Shown here: piece by piece, positions 61,080 to 64,000 of the stretch
Position numbering within the stretch: position 1 is the stretch's first letter
Layout of the letters: each line of letters opens with the position of its first letter
Source: Macrostomum lignano
Lineage: Eukaryota
Length of the DNA: 64,000 bases
Direction of reading: 5' to 3'
NCBI GenBank assembly: GCA_002269645.1
Contig: NIVC01001232.1
Span: forward strand, 128,599 to 192,598
Notes under the pieces: model-generated
Told to the model about the DNA's origin: nothing
The model's database searches: none
The model's input: only the letters and a program-made list of their open reading frames with translations
Position numbers and translations under genes: made by a program

Positions 61080-62493
61080 ATGTCAGCCAGCGAGCCAGTG
61101 GCCGCAGCCCAGTCGGTTGAGCAAGCCGAAGAGGAGAAACTGCGCCAGAAATATCCCAATCTGGGCAGGAAAGGCATCGGCACATCCGTGTTGCAGAAGC
61201 GGCTAAACAAGGGCCATAAATATTTTGATAGCGGCGATTATAACATGGCCAAGGCGCGGGTGTCGCATCAGAAGGCGCCACTGCCGGCCACTCAGGAGAA
61301 GGAGATGCTGCAGGAGAGCACGGGCGAAACCATACCGACGCCCGATAATGTGCCAGCTGTGCGCAAGAAGTCCTCCGTGAACTGCTGCCCTGCGGATCAG
61401 CACCAGGTGATCTTGTAGGGGTGTTGATTTCTGCAGGGGAGCTGAGAGACAGTCAGTGAGTGGAGAGGCAATTCAGGGAGTGAAGAGGCAGATTCAGCAG
61501 TGGAGAGGCAGATTCAGGGAGTGGAAAGGCAGATTCAGGGCGTGGAGAGGCGAATTCAGGGATTGGAAAGGCAGATTCAGGGCATGGAGAGGCAGATTCA
61601 GGGCGTGGAGAGGCAGATTCAGGGCGTGGAGAGGCAGATTCAGGGAGTGGAGAGGCAGATTCAGGGCGTGGAGAGGCAGATTCAGGGATTGGAAAGGCAG
61701 ATTCAGGGAGTGGAGAGGCAGATTCAGGGCGTGGAGAGGCAGATTCAGGGATTGGAAAGGCAGATTCAGGGAGTGGAGAGGCAGATTCAGGGAGTGGAGG
61801 CAGATTCAGAGAGTGGAAAGGCAGATTCAGGGAGTGGAGAGGCAGATTCAGAGAGTGGAAAGGCAGATTCAGGGATTGGAAAGGCAGATTCAGGGATTGG
61901 AAAGGCAGATTCAGGGAGTGGAGAGGCAGATTCAGGGAGTGGAGAGGCAGATTCAGAGAGTGGAGAGGCAGATTCAGGGAGTGGAAAGGCAGATTCAGGG
62001 AGTGGAAAGGCAGATTCAGGAGCGGAAAGGCAGATTCAGGGAGTGGAAAGGCAGATTCAGGGAGTGGAAAGGCAGATTCAGGGAGTGGAAAGGCAGATTC
62101 AGGGAGTGGAAAGGCAGATTCAGGGAGTGGAAAGGCAGATTCAGAGAGCGGAAAGGCAGATTCAAGGAGTGGAAAGCAGATTCAGAGAGCGGAAAGGCAG
62201 ATTCAGGGAGTGGAGAGGCAGATTCGGAGAGCGGAGATTCAGACTCAGAGAGCGGAGATTCAGACTCAGAGAGCGGAAAGGCAGACTCAGAGAGCGGAAA
62301 GGCAGTCTCAGAGAGCGGAGATTCAGACTCAGAGAGCGGAAAAGCAGACTCAGATAGCAGGGCTGACTGTATCAAGTGCTGACTTACAGTCCAATAACCC
62401 TGGCAGGTGACGCACCCGGACCAGCCGGTGGTGGCCCAGCATGTGCAGCATCAGCCGGCTCAACAGTCTGAAGATTCGCAATCCAGCCAGTAG
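61080..62493 (+). CDS. ENSA: Alpha-endosulfine / ARPP-19 (Greatwall substrate, PP2A-B55 inhibitor), exons 61080-61406 and 62407-62493
   Basis: Signature EEEKLRQKYPNL...LQKRLNKGHKYFDSGDYNMAK. A phase-0 splice CAG|gtgatc to ggcag|GTG adds 28 aa; the unspliced form stops at 61418. Confidence 0.92.
61460..62360. repeat. Minisatellite in the ENSA intron (21-bp unit)
   Basis: gcagattcagggagtgga(g/a)ag repeated about 42 times. Confidence 0.95.
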
Positions 62494-63504
62494 TTGTCGT
62501 CAAGAAAATCACAGTTTGAAACTAATGCAAGCATTGGCAAGTTAACAGATATTATTAACATGGCAAAGAATAGGGCTAACATTCAATATTTGTGGTAGAC
62601 TCAGTTATCAAGGGACCCGTTTCGCGTTGCAGTTGGCTGGGCATTGACACAAAGAATTCCAGATTGAGTTTTTCCTCTCTCTTAAACTCTGCTTTGGCTT
62701 CCCCAGGCGTATTTCCGTTTAACTCCTTCATATACTACAGTTATTATTATATTTCCGTTGCATTATAAGCAAATCCTGCCCAGTTTCGAGGCGCAGCCTT
62801 ATATAGTTATAATTTTACTATTATTATTCAAAAATCTTAGTAAGTAAATTTCCTTTCGCCTTGCATGCCGCTTTCAATTGATACGACTATGAATATTAAT
62901 TAATTATCTTACATAATAAGTTTGGGGAATGGCTGGCAACATTCAGTGCAATAATATAATGTACTTATGGCGCTCATCTGTAGTTAATCAATAGTCATAA
63001 ATGTCAATATTTTTTGTTTGCACCATAACATTTACCTGTACATGTTGATAACGCTGCCAGATATGCTTAGTTACGATATTGCAATGATAATCGTAATGAG
63101 CAGTTCTATCTTCAAACTGGGTATAAATAACAACATTAAATATAAAACGCGTTCATTTGAGCATTTTTTTAAATTACTATTATTAATTAATTTCTATTAC
63201 TATAATAATAATGATCAACTCATAATCCTGCTGCATTGACTGAGTGTTATGCGTTAAGTGTTACATGCTCATGTATAAGTGCTTTTCCCTTCCTGTTAGT
63301 CTTTGTCTCAACACAGAATTAAGACAGTTGGTCCAAAAATACCCTAAAAAGACAGGAGCGGCTGCAATTTCGCCGCAACTTTGCTTGCTTGCCGGTCTCC
63401 GGCAGCAGTTCATGAAAAAAACAGCTTGATAACTTGTGAGCGCAGCTCGGACAAAACCTGTCGAGATTCGAGAAGTGTTCGCTTCCTCATACCTTCCCGT
63501 ACGG

Positions 63505-63683
63505 CTGTTCAGTCCAAGGACTGGGGGTGGGGGGGTTGCCACACATCCTCAATTACCCCAGCTAATGCTGCGCACCCATTTTACAGCTGGGTGAACTGAA
63601 GCAATGCAGAGTTAAGAGTCTTGCTCAAGGACAAAAATTGTTCCAAGTGGGATTGGGAATCCGACGCTCTAACCACTAGGCTA
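63505..63683 (-). mobile_element. tRNA-derived CORE-like SINE, second copy with an internal head deletion
   Basis: The reverse complement matches 27021-27227. About 26 nt between gtcgga and ttccc, including most of the B box, are deleted at a GA microhomology. Confidence 0.85.
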
Positions 63684-64000
63684 GAATCCCTTAGTAGGAA
63701 GTAGGAAGTTTGTGAACACTCCGATGATGCGCTGCGGTACGAGTTGTGGAAGAAGCAGCCGCCCTGGTCGGTCCAGAAGCTGGAGGTTGGGTCGAGTGGC
63801 ATCAACAACAGCTGCAGTACTTGTAGCAGCGACTGCAATGGACTGCCCTCGGCCATAGACAATAAAGCCACTTCCAAGCTGCAGTCTCCCACAGACTGCA
63901 GGTCAAGCCAAGCTGTTTTAAGGCTCTGCTCTCTTGTTACGAGTAAAAGGCACAACCACAGTTGTAATTTAACAAGTACAGTTTGTTATTCTGCAGTCGC

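Noticed and set aside
61456-62382. Coiled-coil-like (VERQIQG)n and (ADSGSGE)n ORFs
   Set aside because: 21-bp minisatellite inside the ENSA intron, open in all three frames.
63690-63930. Moderately GC-rich stretch with open frames at the window end
   Set aside because: No recognisable motif in any frame; ORF 63581-63955 runs into the SINE. Likely TE debris.

Overview
Eukaryotic (animal) genomic DNA, not prokaryotic. GC- and poly-Q-rich exons, AT-rich spacers, 3' splice-like AG sites just before start codons and minisatellite-filled introns resemble a trans-splicing flatworm such as Macrostomum (inference, not verified). Host genes reconstructed by hand from GT-AG junctions are: eIF4E (2 exons), a single-exon protein resembling only the N-terminal part of paraplegin/FtsH, ZFR (5 exons), an uncharacterised 3-exon gene on the minus strand, a 16-exon TRPA-family channel with a frameshift, a bestrophin with an in-frame stop, an orphan 3' fragment of a second TRPA, oligoribonuclease and endosulfine (ENSA/ARPP19). 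There are two full-length Ty3/Gypsy LTR retrotransposons. One is a decayed 10.5-kb element on the minus strand (10922-21389) with an extra ORF, a hairpin array and no polypurine tract. The other is an intact 5.2-kb CsRn1-type element with apparently identical LTRs (50652-55845). The window also holds SINEs, MITEs, RTE LINE debris and about 15 unrelated minisatellite arrays, which account for most long repetitive ORFs in the ORF track. All family assignments come from motif recognition by eye; no searches were run.
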